NCBI RefSeq assembly: GCF_018977255.1
Contig: NW_024704742.1
Span: forward strand, 27,778,001-27,842,000
Reading direction: 5' to 3'
DNA from: Callorhinchus milii
Lineage: Eukaryota
DNA length: 64,000 nucleotides
Below, piece after piece: positions 1-11,708 of the stretch (positions are counted from its first letter, which is position 1; each line of letters opens with the position of its first letter). The notes under the pieces were generated by a model that was not told the origin of the DNA, made no database searches, and saw nothing but the letters and a program-made list of their open reading frames with translations. The position numbers and the translations under genes are program-made.

Positions 1-1377
1 GAGCTCGAAGGACTTGAATTTTGGGTCTTTTGTATTGATTTGAAAGTCTGCATTTATTGAGTCATTTATTTGGTAGTCTTCTATTCCAGTTCTCTGTTGG
101 CGAGGGAGCCATAAAAATGTCTGGGTTTGTGAGTGAAACTGGTCCATTATTTAGGAGAACTGGTTTCCGTGCAGGGCCAGCAGACACTTGTGCCCCTTAT
201 ATACTGCTAATGATTCAACACTTCCACTGGTAGAGCAATACAATTCAGAACAGTAATTCAGGTTTCGATTTCCCTATCTCTCTGGTGGGTGTTGAAGAGA
301 GCTTTTGGAACCAGCGTTGAATATTTTTTTCACTTCTATTTAAGAGCCGTAGAGTGTGACATCTAAAGGTCTAAGGAGTGTCCAGGAATATTGAATTTTA
401 TTTGTATTTAAGTATTAAAAGATCTTTTCCATAGTCAGGGTTGCGATTCTGGCATCACATTCTGGAGGAGTTCACAAGCATGGCTTGGAGTAGGGCTCGG
501 ATGTAAATTGCTGGCCATAAAACTGAGTTTTGATGCATTTATACTTTGAATTGTACAAAGTACATCATATCAATGTTAAATGTACAGTGTAAAAGGGATA
601 AAGTAAACCTTCTGCCTTTTCCTGAGAAGATTTTTTTTTGCAATTTCAGAACTTTTCACAGTTTATATTCTATCGAAGGTTCCAACGCGTCTGCAATTAA
701 AAATATCTCTGCCAAGAAATGACACCCAATCATTTCTGTAGCTCTCTCAGTCAAAGTGTTCGGACTTTGCCTTCTGCAGTTAAGATTGTCCTTCAAACGT
801 GGATGTTTGAACGGCATGTTGTTCTTGTGTGAGGCGAAACCTCAGCAGCCAGTGAGGGATCGCCAGCTCCCACTGTAAACTGATTCGACATGAACAGAAG
901 TAATATCTGTGATTCAATCAGCAATGATATTAAAGTCTAACATTTGGCTACAGTTGAACCGTGTATAATGTATCAATTTCACATGTGTCCAGATCTGCCA
1001 ACTTTAAAAATCTTCTAAATTTCACAATGAATTTAAATGTAAAGTTAACTGTCTTGAGGGCTAAAACTGAGATTATTTGATTATTTGACTTTGCAAAACT
1101 ATAGGGCATAGGTTTAAAATTCAAAAGCCTAACCTGGAGGTTAGATAGCAAATTTTATCCCTGAGAGGTAGATATTCAGAATAAACTCAGGGGTTACAAA
1201 CCAGCCAGCAACTGAAAGAGACCAAGACTCAGTACAGATTTGATGGAAAATACATTATTATTAATAATAGTCCTTGCATTTGATTTAGAGCCTTTGATAT
1301 TGGAAGGATTTCTCAAATTGTTTCAAAGGATTTGTATAAATTGTAGTGGCTGTGCATTTTGTAAGCCAACATTAAAT

Positions 1378-1445
1378 CAGCGGTGTTCAACCAGTGGCCC
1401 GCAGGCCGGATGTGGCCCCCAGGGCTGTCAAGAAGTGGACCCCTG
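1378..1445 (+). mobile_element. Probable hAT/Charlie-type (MER58-like) DNA transposon terminus or tiny MITE remnant
   Basis: 'cagcggtgttcaaccagtggcccgcaggccggatgtggccc' resembles the CAGGGGT..CAAACT..GGCCCGCGGGCC..ATCCGGCCC end of hAT MITEs. A weak right end 'ggacccctg' is present; no 8-bp TSD seen. Confidence 0.45.
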
Positions 1446-2094
1446 AACATTCGCACAAATCTAGGTAAGTCTGTGTTCGATCGATTAGTATGCTGTTACT
1501 TTTTTCTTGATTCAATATTTCTTAATTTATAGCATCAATCAAGAAAATGTATTTTGTTGGCCAAATATAAAGGTTGGCCACAATTGGATTAACTGGTAGC
1601 TTTGAACAGACATGGATAAAAGTTGTGAGAGATGAACTGTAGCAAATTATTAGAAAATGATGCAGTAGTTGAGCTGTGTGGGGACAGAAGAGAGTTAAAA
1701 GCAAAAGATCAGGATCAGAATAGGGAATCTGTAGAAGATTAAAAAGGAAGTCCAGGTGGAACGAACAACTGTAGAGCTGGATGGGTGTCTGGAAATGACT
1801 TTATCTGTTGGAAGTGTTTGAAGTTAAACTGAGGGGAAGCAATTTAGTGATAGTGTCACCTTAGTAAGTACAACTAAGCTCTGAGAACCATCTGTGTTGG
1901 TTTTGGTCCCTTGCAAGAAATCTGAGTTCTAATGAGCAGAGCACAGTGAAGTAATAATGCTAGGTGTAATGTGATAATTATCTCCATTGATAATTGTTAC
2001 TACTGATATTATCACATCATTGAAAAGTCTGTCCTTTTATCCGATTTTGCAATCTGTACAAGGATAACATAGATGCCCGTCATGAAGGAATTGG

Positions 2095-2325
2095 AGGCGA
2101 GGGGACAGGACAACGCCGAGAGTCGTTGGGGCAAGGAATACCCTGCCAAGTAAGGTGGTCAAGGTAGAGTCCATTGTGAGTTTCAAGAGGGAAATAGACA
2201 GATATATGAATGAGACTTGAGGTGGTATCGGGAGAAGGCAGCAAGTTGGATTGTATGAACCTGTTGTTCTGAAAACCTGTGCAGAATTGATGGGCTGAAT
2301 GACTTCTTTCTGGCCTGTAATTTTC
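2095..2325 (+). mobile_element. CR1-type LINE 3' fragment
   Basis: 'agagtcgttggggcaaggaataccctgcca...tttcaagagggaaatagacagatatatg...gatgggctgaatgacttctttct' matches the typical CR1 ORF2 end and 3' UTR. Confidence 0.7.
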
Positions 2326-3120
2326 TCTGATTCTGCAGGACAGGAGAGCAGCATTGAAATCTGGTTGGCAAATTGTTATCGCGGTTCCAATAATGAATGA
2401 AGAAATGCTGCAGTATGTGTAATTAGTAGGAATGCAGGGTGGCGTTTGCACTGTTTATGGGTCAATAAAGGAAGGTGATGTATCTTTTAATTCGATTCTC
2501 TTCAAAATTGCAGATCCACAAAGTTTAGTTGATAGCATAGGAATACTAATGTGCAGGTCTGTGCCTTCATTTGAATCCTGAACATTGATATATTGCAGGG
2601 ACTGCAAGCCTGCTCTTCCATTTGAATGATTAATCGCTGTATTCAGCAAAATCTTGGCAGCCGCATGCCTTTTCTGCAATACTGCGCTTTGTAAGTGCCC
2701 AGCAAATGGGAAGTTCTTTGCTAACAGTGTGATGCAGCAAATGCACAGGAGTACTGCTAAAAATACATAACAATCCAAATTATACAGATGTGAGAAGTTT
2801 ACACACCAGAGGCATGAAGCAGGAACAAACAGGTATTGTTTCACATCTACTTAAATCAAGTTGCTCAAATTAAATATGTAGGTTTGTGGCTTTGACTATG
2901 GAAAGAAAGAGCTTGCATTTTCATGGTGCCTTATCACATTGAAATATTTGCTTACTGTTTTCGCCATTTTAGGCCAGCAAACTCCACAGACCGCTGAGAG
3001 GACAAGAACAAATATTTTGGAGGATTGTTGGCCAGGGTGTAGATACCAATGTCTACTACCAGTTTTTCCCTGAAGTAGGCCACACTCCTCACACACCCAT
3101 CTTTTACTGAATTATCCATT

Positions 3121-3230
3121 ACCATCACCATGTTTAGAATATCGAAACCAAACAGAGTTCCATGCATCTCACCTACACATGGAAATTCCCGTTTATTCGA
3201 ATGGAATGCGCAATCTCTATGGTAGGACAC
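3121..3230 (+). repeat. Unidentified dispersed repeat (family X), copy 1
   Basis: 'ccatcaccatgtttagaatatcgaaacca...gagttccatgcatctcacctacacatggaaattccc...ggaatgcgcaatctc' is shared with copies near 15871, 37016, 56208, 58886 and 60831. Confidence 0.65.
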
Positions 3231-3426
3231 AGAAAGTATCAGGCATACTTTTTAATTATGAAAGAGCCAAGGCTTAGGGATCCAAAGTGTGTGTTTGGGT
3301 AACTGCTGGATCTAAAAATACAGTTTTCCAGTGAAAGCACTATCTGGCAAACCTTCCTGCTGTTTTGTGCAGATTTAACCCTGATTCAGAAACTACTGGT
3401 TGCTTTCAAATTAAGGCAGGATTTGT

Positions 3427-3702
3427 GGAGTCCTGTAGCTCAGTGGTTAGAGCACTCACCTTGTAAGCGAGACACCAAGGTTCAATTCCAGGCAGGGCGA
3501 AACCTTGGGCAAGTTTCCTTACTCCACATGCCTTCTAATAATCCCTCCAAAACAAAACAATAATAAATTGGTCATTTTCAATCCACGACTGTTTGTGGGA
3601 CACTGCTGTGCACAATTGGCTGCCGTGTTTCGCCCACAAATATAAGGTCAATTCACTTTACACTATACTCTATCACATATCAAATGCAAGAATTATTATT
3701 AT
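3427..3702 (+). mobile_element. tRNA-derived SINE family A, short (internally deleted) form
   Basis: Head 'ggagtcctgtagctcagtggttagagcactc...ggttcaattcc' with Pol III A/B boxes, then 'accttgggcaagtttccttactccac', body 'ctgtttgtgggacactgctgtg' and tail 'aaatgcaag(att)n'. Confidence 0.9.
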
Positions 3703-4019
3703 ATAGAATTGAAGAATTGTCCACAATTATGTGTGCTCTTCAGTTTTAAGACAAAATGCTCTTGAAGGCTATGACTGGATTGAATTTCAGGCCTCCTGTG
3801 ATGAATGTTGCCTTCTCAACTCTTGAGTGAGTTCCAACTGACATAGCACGTTGGTGTGAAAAATAATATGTGGTTTGATAATTACAGTATCCATGTTCAT
3901 AATTGTTGCTAGTAGTACTATCATATTGGGGTAAATTCTGTCCTTTTCACTATCTCGGTGGATGATTGGCTGAGGCCTTAAACCTCACTGATTACAATTC
4001 AATGCTTAAATAAACTTGT

Positions 4020-4390
4020 GGATTTCTGTAACGTATTTGGTCAAAGCATTCGTCTTGCAAACGAAAGGACCTGGGTTCAATTCCTGGGTAGGCTGAAACC
4101 TTAGGCAAGTTTCCTTCCTTAAACGTGTTTGTTTAGCTAGCAGAAAGTAGGAACCCAGTTGTTAGTCGATTGTTGGATTGCTTTTCCTGAGGGTAATAAT
4201 CCCTCCAAATAAATAAAGAATTTGGTCAATTAATCCACGACTGTTTGTGGGACATTGCTGTGTTCAATTGCCTACCACGTTTTGCCCACAAAATATACAG
4301 TCATTACACTTGACTGTATATTCTGTGAAACGTTTTGAGACGTTTCAAAGATGTGATAAGCCCTATATGCGAATGCGAGGATTATTATTG
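4020..4390 (+). mobile_element. SINE family A, long form
   Basis: Degenerate tRNA head, the 'gtttagctagcagaaagtaggaacccagttgttagtcgatt' segment, shared body and L2-type tail. Confidence 0.85.
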
Positions 4391-5669
4391 AATAAACATC
4401 GATATAATGACAGAAAAAACGATTTTCAGAAAGGTTTTAGTTAATTAAACTGTTCACACTGAACTACCAACTGCTGGAAGACAATTTTATCCTTTCGTAA
4501 GGCTGAGTGTCATACCTATGTTTTGCACGTTTATCAAATGTCAATGTATTTATGAGAAAACTTGATGTATACTTGAGGGAGAAGAGAATAGATTGGTATA
4601 ACAAAGGGGATTGGGGGGCTGGGGACTTGTGTGGAGTATAAACACCAATTAGGGTTTCCATGCCACATCACTTTATGTAATGCTATGTGAAATAGTGCCA
4701 CACACTCACAAATGAGACTTAAAATTCTTAACCTTGACAATGATTTTGACTTAAAATTTAAAATGCTTGCGTGTATATAGTGGCCTTCACTAGGGTAGCA
4801 TCTCAGAGCACTTTATAGCAGAGTCGTTTAACATTGAGTTGGAAAGGGAGGGGAGGTGATGGGAGATGAATTAAAACTGAGTGAAGGAATTTCCACAATT
4901 TTACACAATCTTAAATTACAAGAAAACTAGGTGGGACATGTGGCATCTGGCATTGTATAGTGCGTAGATAAAGTATTAGCCAGCCAATTTAGTAAATCAA
5001 ATCCATCTGATTTAAAAAGAACTCAGGTAAGCTAAACTGATCTCGAATAACACAGTTTGCACAACAGGGGTTGAGTTATGACTCCATTGGTGACCTCGTC
5101 ACTGTCCTGATCTATTCTTGTCCTGCGACAGCAGTTCTTGTAATTGATGTAGATGGATCTATAGTTTTGTTGTAACACTAGTGATTAATTACAATTTAAG
5201 CTTGTTTGCAGCTACTGTGCCAATGAGTCCAGAGAGCTGTTGTTCCTTAACAATCCTCTTACCATGTTTAGTTACTGTTATCTTAATCTTTTCCTTTGAC
5301 CTTGAGGATAAGGCTAGCGTGAGATGTTTTCTCTGCTTCATGTATGCATGTATGTAATAAGAACATCTTTACTGAGGTCATTCCTGACAGCTCTTTGTCC
5401 TGTGAATGGCACCTTTCGTCTGTCTATGACTTCCTAAATCACTTTTTGCTTTCCATTTGGTATCTGTGATTAGCAAATGTGTCATTAATATGATATTCAT
5501 AATAAGGTTCTCTTCCCATGTCGGCTTTTGCCTCACATCTTTATTGATACTGAGGGTGAATTCATTGATATGATGCTGCGATATTTGAGGTTTTACCTGA
5601 TCTTCATTGCAGTGAGCAACAACAATGAATGAGTGGGGGGTAACTCCACTTCATACAGAGTGAATTTCA

Positions 5670-6068
5670 TATTACTTTTGTCTCTGGATCGGAAGGTTGT
5701 TGGTTAAAGTCCCAATTCAGGGGATTTTGAGATCATAATGTAGAGTGACATTCTAGTGCAGTGTTGGGTGAACATTGCATTATCGGAGGTACTGTCATTC
5801 AGAAGAGCTAAGCCAAGGTCACATCTACCTGTTCAGGTGGATGTTAAACAAACCACAGCACTACTCGAAAAGAGAAGTCCTGACCAAAGAATCCTGCAGT
5901 TAATTTAGCCATTGGTCATTAAGTTGGCTGTTAGCAGGACACTGCTGTCCACATATTAGCTGTCATTTCTCCTAAAAATACACAGACACTACACATTACA
6001 ATCATTTCTGTGAAGCACTTTGAGACATTTTGACATGAGAAGGTGCTGTATCATATGCAAGGTTTAGC
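5670..6068 (+). mobile_element. SINE family B (DeuSINE/SacSINE1-like)
   Basis: 'gaaggttgttggttaaagtccca...tgacattctagtgcagtg...ggaggtactgtcattcag...ctgttcaggtggatgttaaa' central Deu-like domain plus L2-type tail. Confidence 0.75.
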
Positions 6069-6629
6069 ATTAATATGCTTGGTGTGATATTATGCCAAGG
6101 TTGGTACGTTTAATCAATTTGTCCCCTTGCGCTTATAAAAACCTCAAAGCCTATTAAAACATTTTACATGTAAACGCATTTTCAAGTATAAAAGTAGGGA
6201 GCCTAGTAAAGCATATTATTCTCCTTATATACTGGTTGACACAACTTCAGCGGTCAGGAGATCTGGTATAACAGACTTGATTTTGGCTCACCTACTGTGA
6301 ACCACACCTGCCCCATACCTAATAGAACTCTGCACATGTGCAACTACCTGTGAATGGTAAAAAACCTGATGGAAATACTGTTCTTAAAACTGAGTTTAAA
6401 CATTTTGCGGGAATCGTCTGTGCTGTAAACACAATTATACTGCAGCCAATGGTATCTGTTCCATTCCAAAGCAATTCCCTGGCAGTAATTCCAAGAATGG
6501 GGCTCATAATTGAATAGATGATGTCTCTTGTATCGGATCTGTGCCATTTCAATGTGATGCTAAACATGCAGTGTAAATTGGGACATGGCACATGTGGAAG
6601 AAATATAAGATGGGGTCAGGGTGGATGAC

Positions 6630-7310
6630 AGTGGTCAGATCTCATTTGGAGTACTGTATTCAGGTTTAGGTACCCTATCTTAGGAAGAATATAATAATAA
6701 TACTTGGATTTGATATCGCGCTTTATCGTGTCTTCATGACATCTTAAAGCGCTTCATAGAATATACTGTAAAGTGAATTGACTAATGTATGGGTGAAATG
6801 CAGCAGCCAAATATACCAGCCTTGGAGGATGTCCAGCAGCGAACACTATATTAATAGCTGTTCTGAAGGAGTTTAGCTGTTATGAGGTCAGGTCGATTGG
6901 AACTATATTCCTTAGAGCTGAGGAGGTTAAGGGGTGATTTAATCGAGGTAATTAATATAATGAAAGGACTTAATGGGTTAGATAGTGGATGACTCATTTT
7001 TCTGGTAGAGGATATTTTTTACAAGGGGACATAGCCTAAAATTCAGAGCCTACAACTGAGATCAGGAAGCATTTCAGCACAAAAAGAATTGGGAAGATGT
7101 GGTATGCTTATCCCAAGAAAACTACAGCGGTCGATTCGAGAGACATGTTTGAACAGGAAATTGACAGATACTTGGGTTGTGGAGGCATAAACAGGTATGG
7201 TGACAGGGCATTGGTATTAAAAAATCTGCCGAGATCTAATAAACTGATAGAACAGGCTCTCACTTCTTTGAAAAGGCTCGAGCCTTCCTGCTCCTGTTTT
7301 TCTAGATTCC
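6630..7310 (+). mobile_element. CR1 LINE ORF2 C-terminal remnant, interrupted by a minus-strand SINE tail (about 6694-6809)
   Basis: Translates as VRSHLEYCIQV*VPYLRKNI ... RRLRGDLIEV, hallmark CR1 motifs. 'aatata' is duplicated at 6688-6693 and 6810-6815 around the SINE. Confidence 0.85.
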
Positions 7311-7971
7311 TAATGGGTCTTTCAACGTAATTAGTAACCGGTTGAGAGTAGTCTTAACAAAGAGCCTCCCATGTAAAATATGGAGGGGGGAAAAAAAATC
7401 AAGGTCACATGAAAGTTAAGTGGTTGCAGCTCTAGGTTTATATACAAGATGCAAATAAGGAGGAAAGATTGCAAAGCTGTCATCAAGTGGCAACATATTA
7501 GTCAGGCATTTAGGCTTCATTTATTGCATTTCATTAATGAAGAACAAAGAAGCGAGTTGGATAAAAGACAACAAAGAATGTTTACAACCCTTAATGTTGG
7601 AGTCACTCAGAGACTCCAGGGGCGGAGAATTCAGAAGGAGCAAGCATAACTAATGTTATGCACTTTCAAATGTTTTGATCTGATATTACATTCAGACGGT
7701 TTATATTGTGCTTAGACATTTACCTTAGCCCAACAGCTGCATTACTCTCTGCCTGCCAGTCCCATAACGTGCCAGCATAGTTTAACATTTTGGATCTTTT
7801 GCTGTGATGCACACATGAGGACCTTGAAGTGGCATGCGTGCTTAACTTTTTTTTTAAATGGTTGGATTTATGCTTGTGTGGAACTCTTTTTGAAGATAAA
7901 TTGAACAGTTGAATCAATAAATCAATACAAAATGATACAAATAACTGGGGTTTTGTTCCTTGGAGCACATA

Positions 7972-8290
7972 CAACAATAAAATTACATTTGTAAAGTGCC
8001 TTTCACGTCGGGAGGATGACCCAAGGCAGGGATCAGGACCAGAGCATGGGGGGGCAGTGTTGGGAAGAGGGAGGGCAGAGAGGTAGGAGGGGGTAAGGTC
8101 GTGGAGCGTCTTGATTGTGAGGATGAGGATTTTGAATTTTATCTTCTGAGGGATGGGGAGCCAGTGGAGCTGGACGAGGGTGGGGGTGATGGGCTCACGG
8201 AGCCTGGTGCGGAAGAGGACATGAGCTGCACAGTTCTGGAATCTCTGCAGCTTGTGGAGGCCGACAAGGAGGGACAAGAAGGACATTCTC
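7972..8290 (-). mobile_element. L2 LINE 3' fragment (ORF2 C-terminus joined to the tail by an internal deletion)
   Basis: Track ORF 7720..8286 contains [54 protein letters not shown], the L2 signature. The tail reads 'tcctcccgacgtgaaaggcactttacaaatgtaattttattgttg' on the minus strand. Confidence 0.9.
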
Positions 8291-8619
8291 CCATAAAATA
8301 GATAATAATAATCCTTGGATTTGATATTATCATATTTTCAAGAAGTCTCAAAGCGCTTCACAGAATATATTCCTAGATGTTTAGCATGTCTCAATACTGT
8401 TCTTACTAAATGGGAGAGGCAATCAAAGGGGAAATAGGTGCAACCTTCGGTCCAATAATGGTTGATTGATCCCATGTATACAAAGTGTTGTGGATAATTG
8501 GAGACCCTCCTAGTTTCATATAACATATGACTCTTCTCAGGCTATTGTCAAACACAGGAAATGCGATAGGAATAGGGGCAAAGGCTTCAAGATTAATTTA
8601 TCTCCAGCTCATATTTGGC

Positions 8620-8930
8620 TTAATCTTTGTATTTGATACAGCACCTTTCAAGTTGGGAGAACGTCTCAAAGTGCATCAGAGAATTTTACTGCAAAGTGCG
8701 CATTTTGTCAGTGTATGTGGCACCTGATTTGCACACTGCATTGTCCAACAAACAGCCCTGCAATGGTTGACCAATTTTATATGAAGAATTGTTGGCTAGG
8801 ACTTGGGAGGAAACGCCCTTCTCTTTTTGAATTCTGTCACAGCATCTTTAGAGAGCAGATGGGACCTCAGTTTAAATTCTCATACGGCATTTCCAATAAT
8901 GCAGCATTTTCCCCTGTTTTGTAAATTCAT
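8620..8930 (-). mobile_element. SINE family B, partial
   Basis: Reverse complement of the Deu-like body and L2-type tail ('gtatttgatacagcacctttc...ctcaaagtgc'). Confidence 0.65.
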
Positions 8931-9284
8931 CTTAAATCATGAGGCCCACTTCTTTAGCAGAATATTTCCATGTTTCTATCTCAATTAATCACTATATCTT
9001 ATTTTTTTAAATTTTATTCCCTAATCCCTCCTTAACCAGGATTTTTTGGATCAACTTGTCCCAATAGTCAACTCATCTTCACAGCACCAAAGCCCATGCA
9101 CAATCATGTGTATCTTCGCACTGTCCACACATTTGTCAGTCAGTCTAAGTTGCTAGCACACCTATTGCCAGTTCAAGCCCTATGTTGGGACACTGAGTTT
9201 ATATCATCTGGCCTAATAATATTGATAATCGAATGCAGTCCTGTGCATGTGACATTGTCTGGGTTGACATTTATCTGGGCTCAG

Positions 9285-9655
9285 GTTGTCTGGGCTGATA
9301 CTCCAATGCATTGGACAGAGGTGCCGTTCTTCAGGTTAGAAGTTTAAATAGAGGTCCTTTCTGGCTTTTCAGATAAATGTTGAAAGTCCCATGGCGCTAC
9401 TGGAAAAGTAAAGGGAGTTTCTCTTGATGTCCTCAGGATTTTCTCCTGATGTCCTATGAAGGGAGTTTCTCCAGATAAATTGGAAGTCATTCACTTAATT
9501 GCTGCCTGTGGAATAGTGCTGTGAGCAAATTGGCTGGTGCATTAACCTATAAAGTACAGTCATTGCACATGACTGTAAATCCTGCATAGCGGTTTAAGAC
9601 ATCCTCCTGACATGAAAGGCACAGTGTTAAATACAAGTATTATTATTAATATTAA
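9285..9655 (+). mobile_element. SINE family B, partial
   Basis: 'ggctgatactccaatgca...gaggtgccgttcttcagg...aaagtcccatggcgctac...gggagtttctc' plus tail. Confidence 0.7.
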
Positions 9656-11407
9656 TAACAAACCCATCTGTGCCATTGCTACCTATTATTCTAAATCAGA
9701 TATTTTATTAATAATCATATTTCTAGCTCTCTTCCCACACCCAGCAATGTTTTACTGCTTAGATGCTTTTGAATGATTCAACTGATCCAACTCAATAGCC
9801 ACAAATATCACATCAATATAATGTATTCTCATTTTGCTGCTCATAATCACAAATAAAAGGAAAATGTGTTGAAGCTAATCTTACACACTACATGTTAGAA
9901 AAAAAATGCCACCAACATATTAAAAATGCTTTTTTTAAAAATGTTTTCCATCGAATAATCTCCTGATTAGTTGGTAAAACCTCATCATGAATTAAAACAT
10001 GCACAGACTTCCAACCATCTGAGCTAACACATTGATAAAGATCAAAGGAGTCTTTTTTGTTTTAAATCCAATTTTTAATATTCTACATGAGGAGCTTTGC
10101 TTGGTAACCATGCATAGTATAAATAAAACAGGCACTGTTGCTTTTGTGGAGATTTGAATATTTAATTAGCTTAATAGTGGAAATATATGGAAAACTATTC
10201 AAATTTGATATTAGTATCAATTTTCAAAAGGACATTATTTCATGGAAAATTATTGAATAAGCATCACATAAAAAGAAGGCTTGATGTGAAATTAGTACAG
10301 ACACATTTGCCTTATACATACACAGATTTATACCTAGTAATTCTAAGCACTGTTTTATTCAGTTCATAAAAAATGTTGAGTAATAAAGAAAGCAATGAAC
10401 ATTACTGGAAGTAAATCATAAGATAAATACTAGTTTCTAATGAACAAAAGTCTTCAATTAAAAAAAAGGCTTTACTGGATGAGCTCTGTTTAATTATTTG
10501 GTTTCTATGAATTGTCCTTCTTAAATGCAATAATTCTGATTTAATGATTCAACTCACATCAGCATAATTTGTATTCAATGGTTGCATCTTACTCATTGTG
10601 CAAGGCAATGTAGTTTCACGCACAAAACCATTACAATTATCTTTTTAACACACTAATACAATTCTTAATAAAGCAGACTTGGATTCTGTGCCACACCTGT
10701 TATCGAGCCAATTGGAATATCAGTTAGGTGTGCACATGCTTTTAAAATAATTTTACACTCAAATTCCATTCCTCTGTTGCAGCATTCAGACATGCACAAC
10801 ATTTGTAAGAAGGTTTAGTCTTATTTTTTCCAACAAGGGTCAGATATAAGAGAACAGCCGGTGGATATTTTCTAATATATTCACCCTATTTATAGGCTAA
10901 AATATGATAAAGAATTCTCAGAATGTTGCTAAGTGGCTTAGGGAGATCATTTGAATATTTAAGGAGTGATATCAATTTAATGATGCTGAACATGGTTCTG
11001 AAACATGATCCAGAATATTTCTGTTTCAGTTGTAGTATTTGTTTAATTAACTACGTAATTTGTACCCACAGCCCCCACAGTTGCTGCTGTTGTGGTAACT
11101 TTTCAACAAGCTCCCTTTAATAGTGGTTATTGCCTCTGGTTTATGACATTGACCAAAGGATCATTCAGAAGCTGACAAGGTACCAGCTCTGATGAGGTCT
11201 AACCCTTGTACAAACACAAACAGAATCGCTAAACAAAGTTGATCAATCATTAAGAGTTTATGTTTGAACAATAACACTATTACACATGGGTACCACCGCA
11301 TAAAGCTTCAGTTATAAAATGCAATAATTTTATAAATATTTCTGTTCAGATGTATGTGTGAGTTGCAACCCACTAATACATATGTAGTATTCAGATGACG
11401 CATTTAT

Positions 11408-11708
11408 CTGGGTTTGATTGCCAGGCAAGGCAAAATGTTGGGCAAGTTTCCTTACTCCACACGCTTATGTTTACCTAGCAGTAAGTAGGAACCCAGTTGT
11501 TAGTTGATGGGCGGATCGCTTTTCTGGGTGTAATAAGCTTTTCAACAAAAAAAATGTGGTCACTCATTCCATGGCTGTTTGTGAGACTTTGCCGTGTGTA
11601 ATTGGCTGCCACGTTTCATCCACAAAATATAGTCAACCCACTTTACAGTATATTCTGTGAAGCGCTTTGAGACATCTCAAAGATGTGATAAGGAACTATA
11701 TCTTATTA
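11408..11708 (+). mobile_element. SINE family A, long form, 5'-eroded
   Basis: 'ttgggcaagtttccttactccacacgcttatgtttacctagcagtaagtaggaacccagttgttag' plus body and tail. Confidence 0.85.

Noticed and set aside
2455..2844. 129-aa minus-strand ORF
   Set aside because: Non-ATG start, no recognisable domain and no convincing splice signals.
3427..3500. tRNA-like sequences at SINE heads
   Set aside because: They continue directly into SINE bodies and lack a complete acceptor stem and terminator, so they are not tRNA genes.
7720..8286. 188-aa ORF as a host gene
   Set aside because: Its N-terminal third is the L2 ORF2 C-terminus; the rest is read-through into non-coding DNA.
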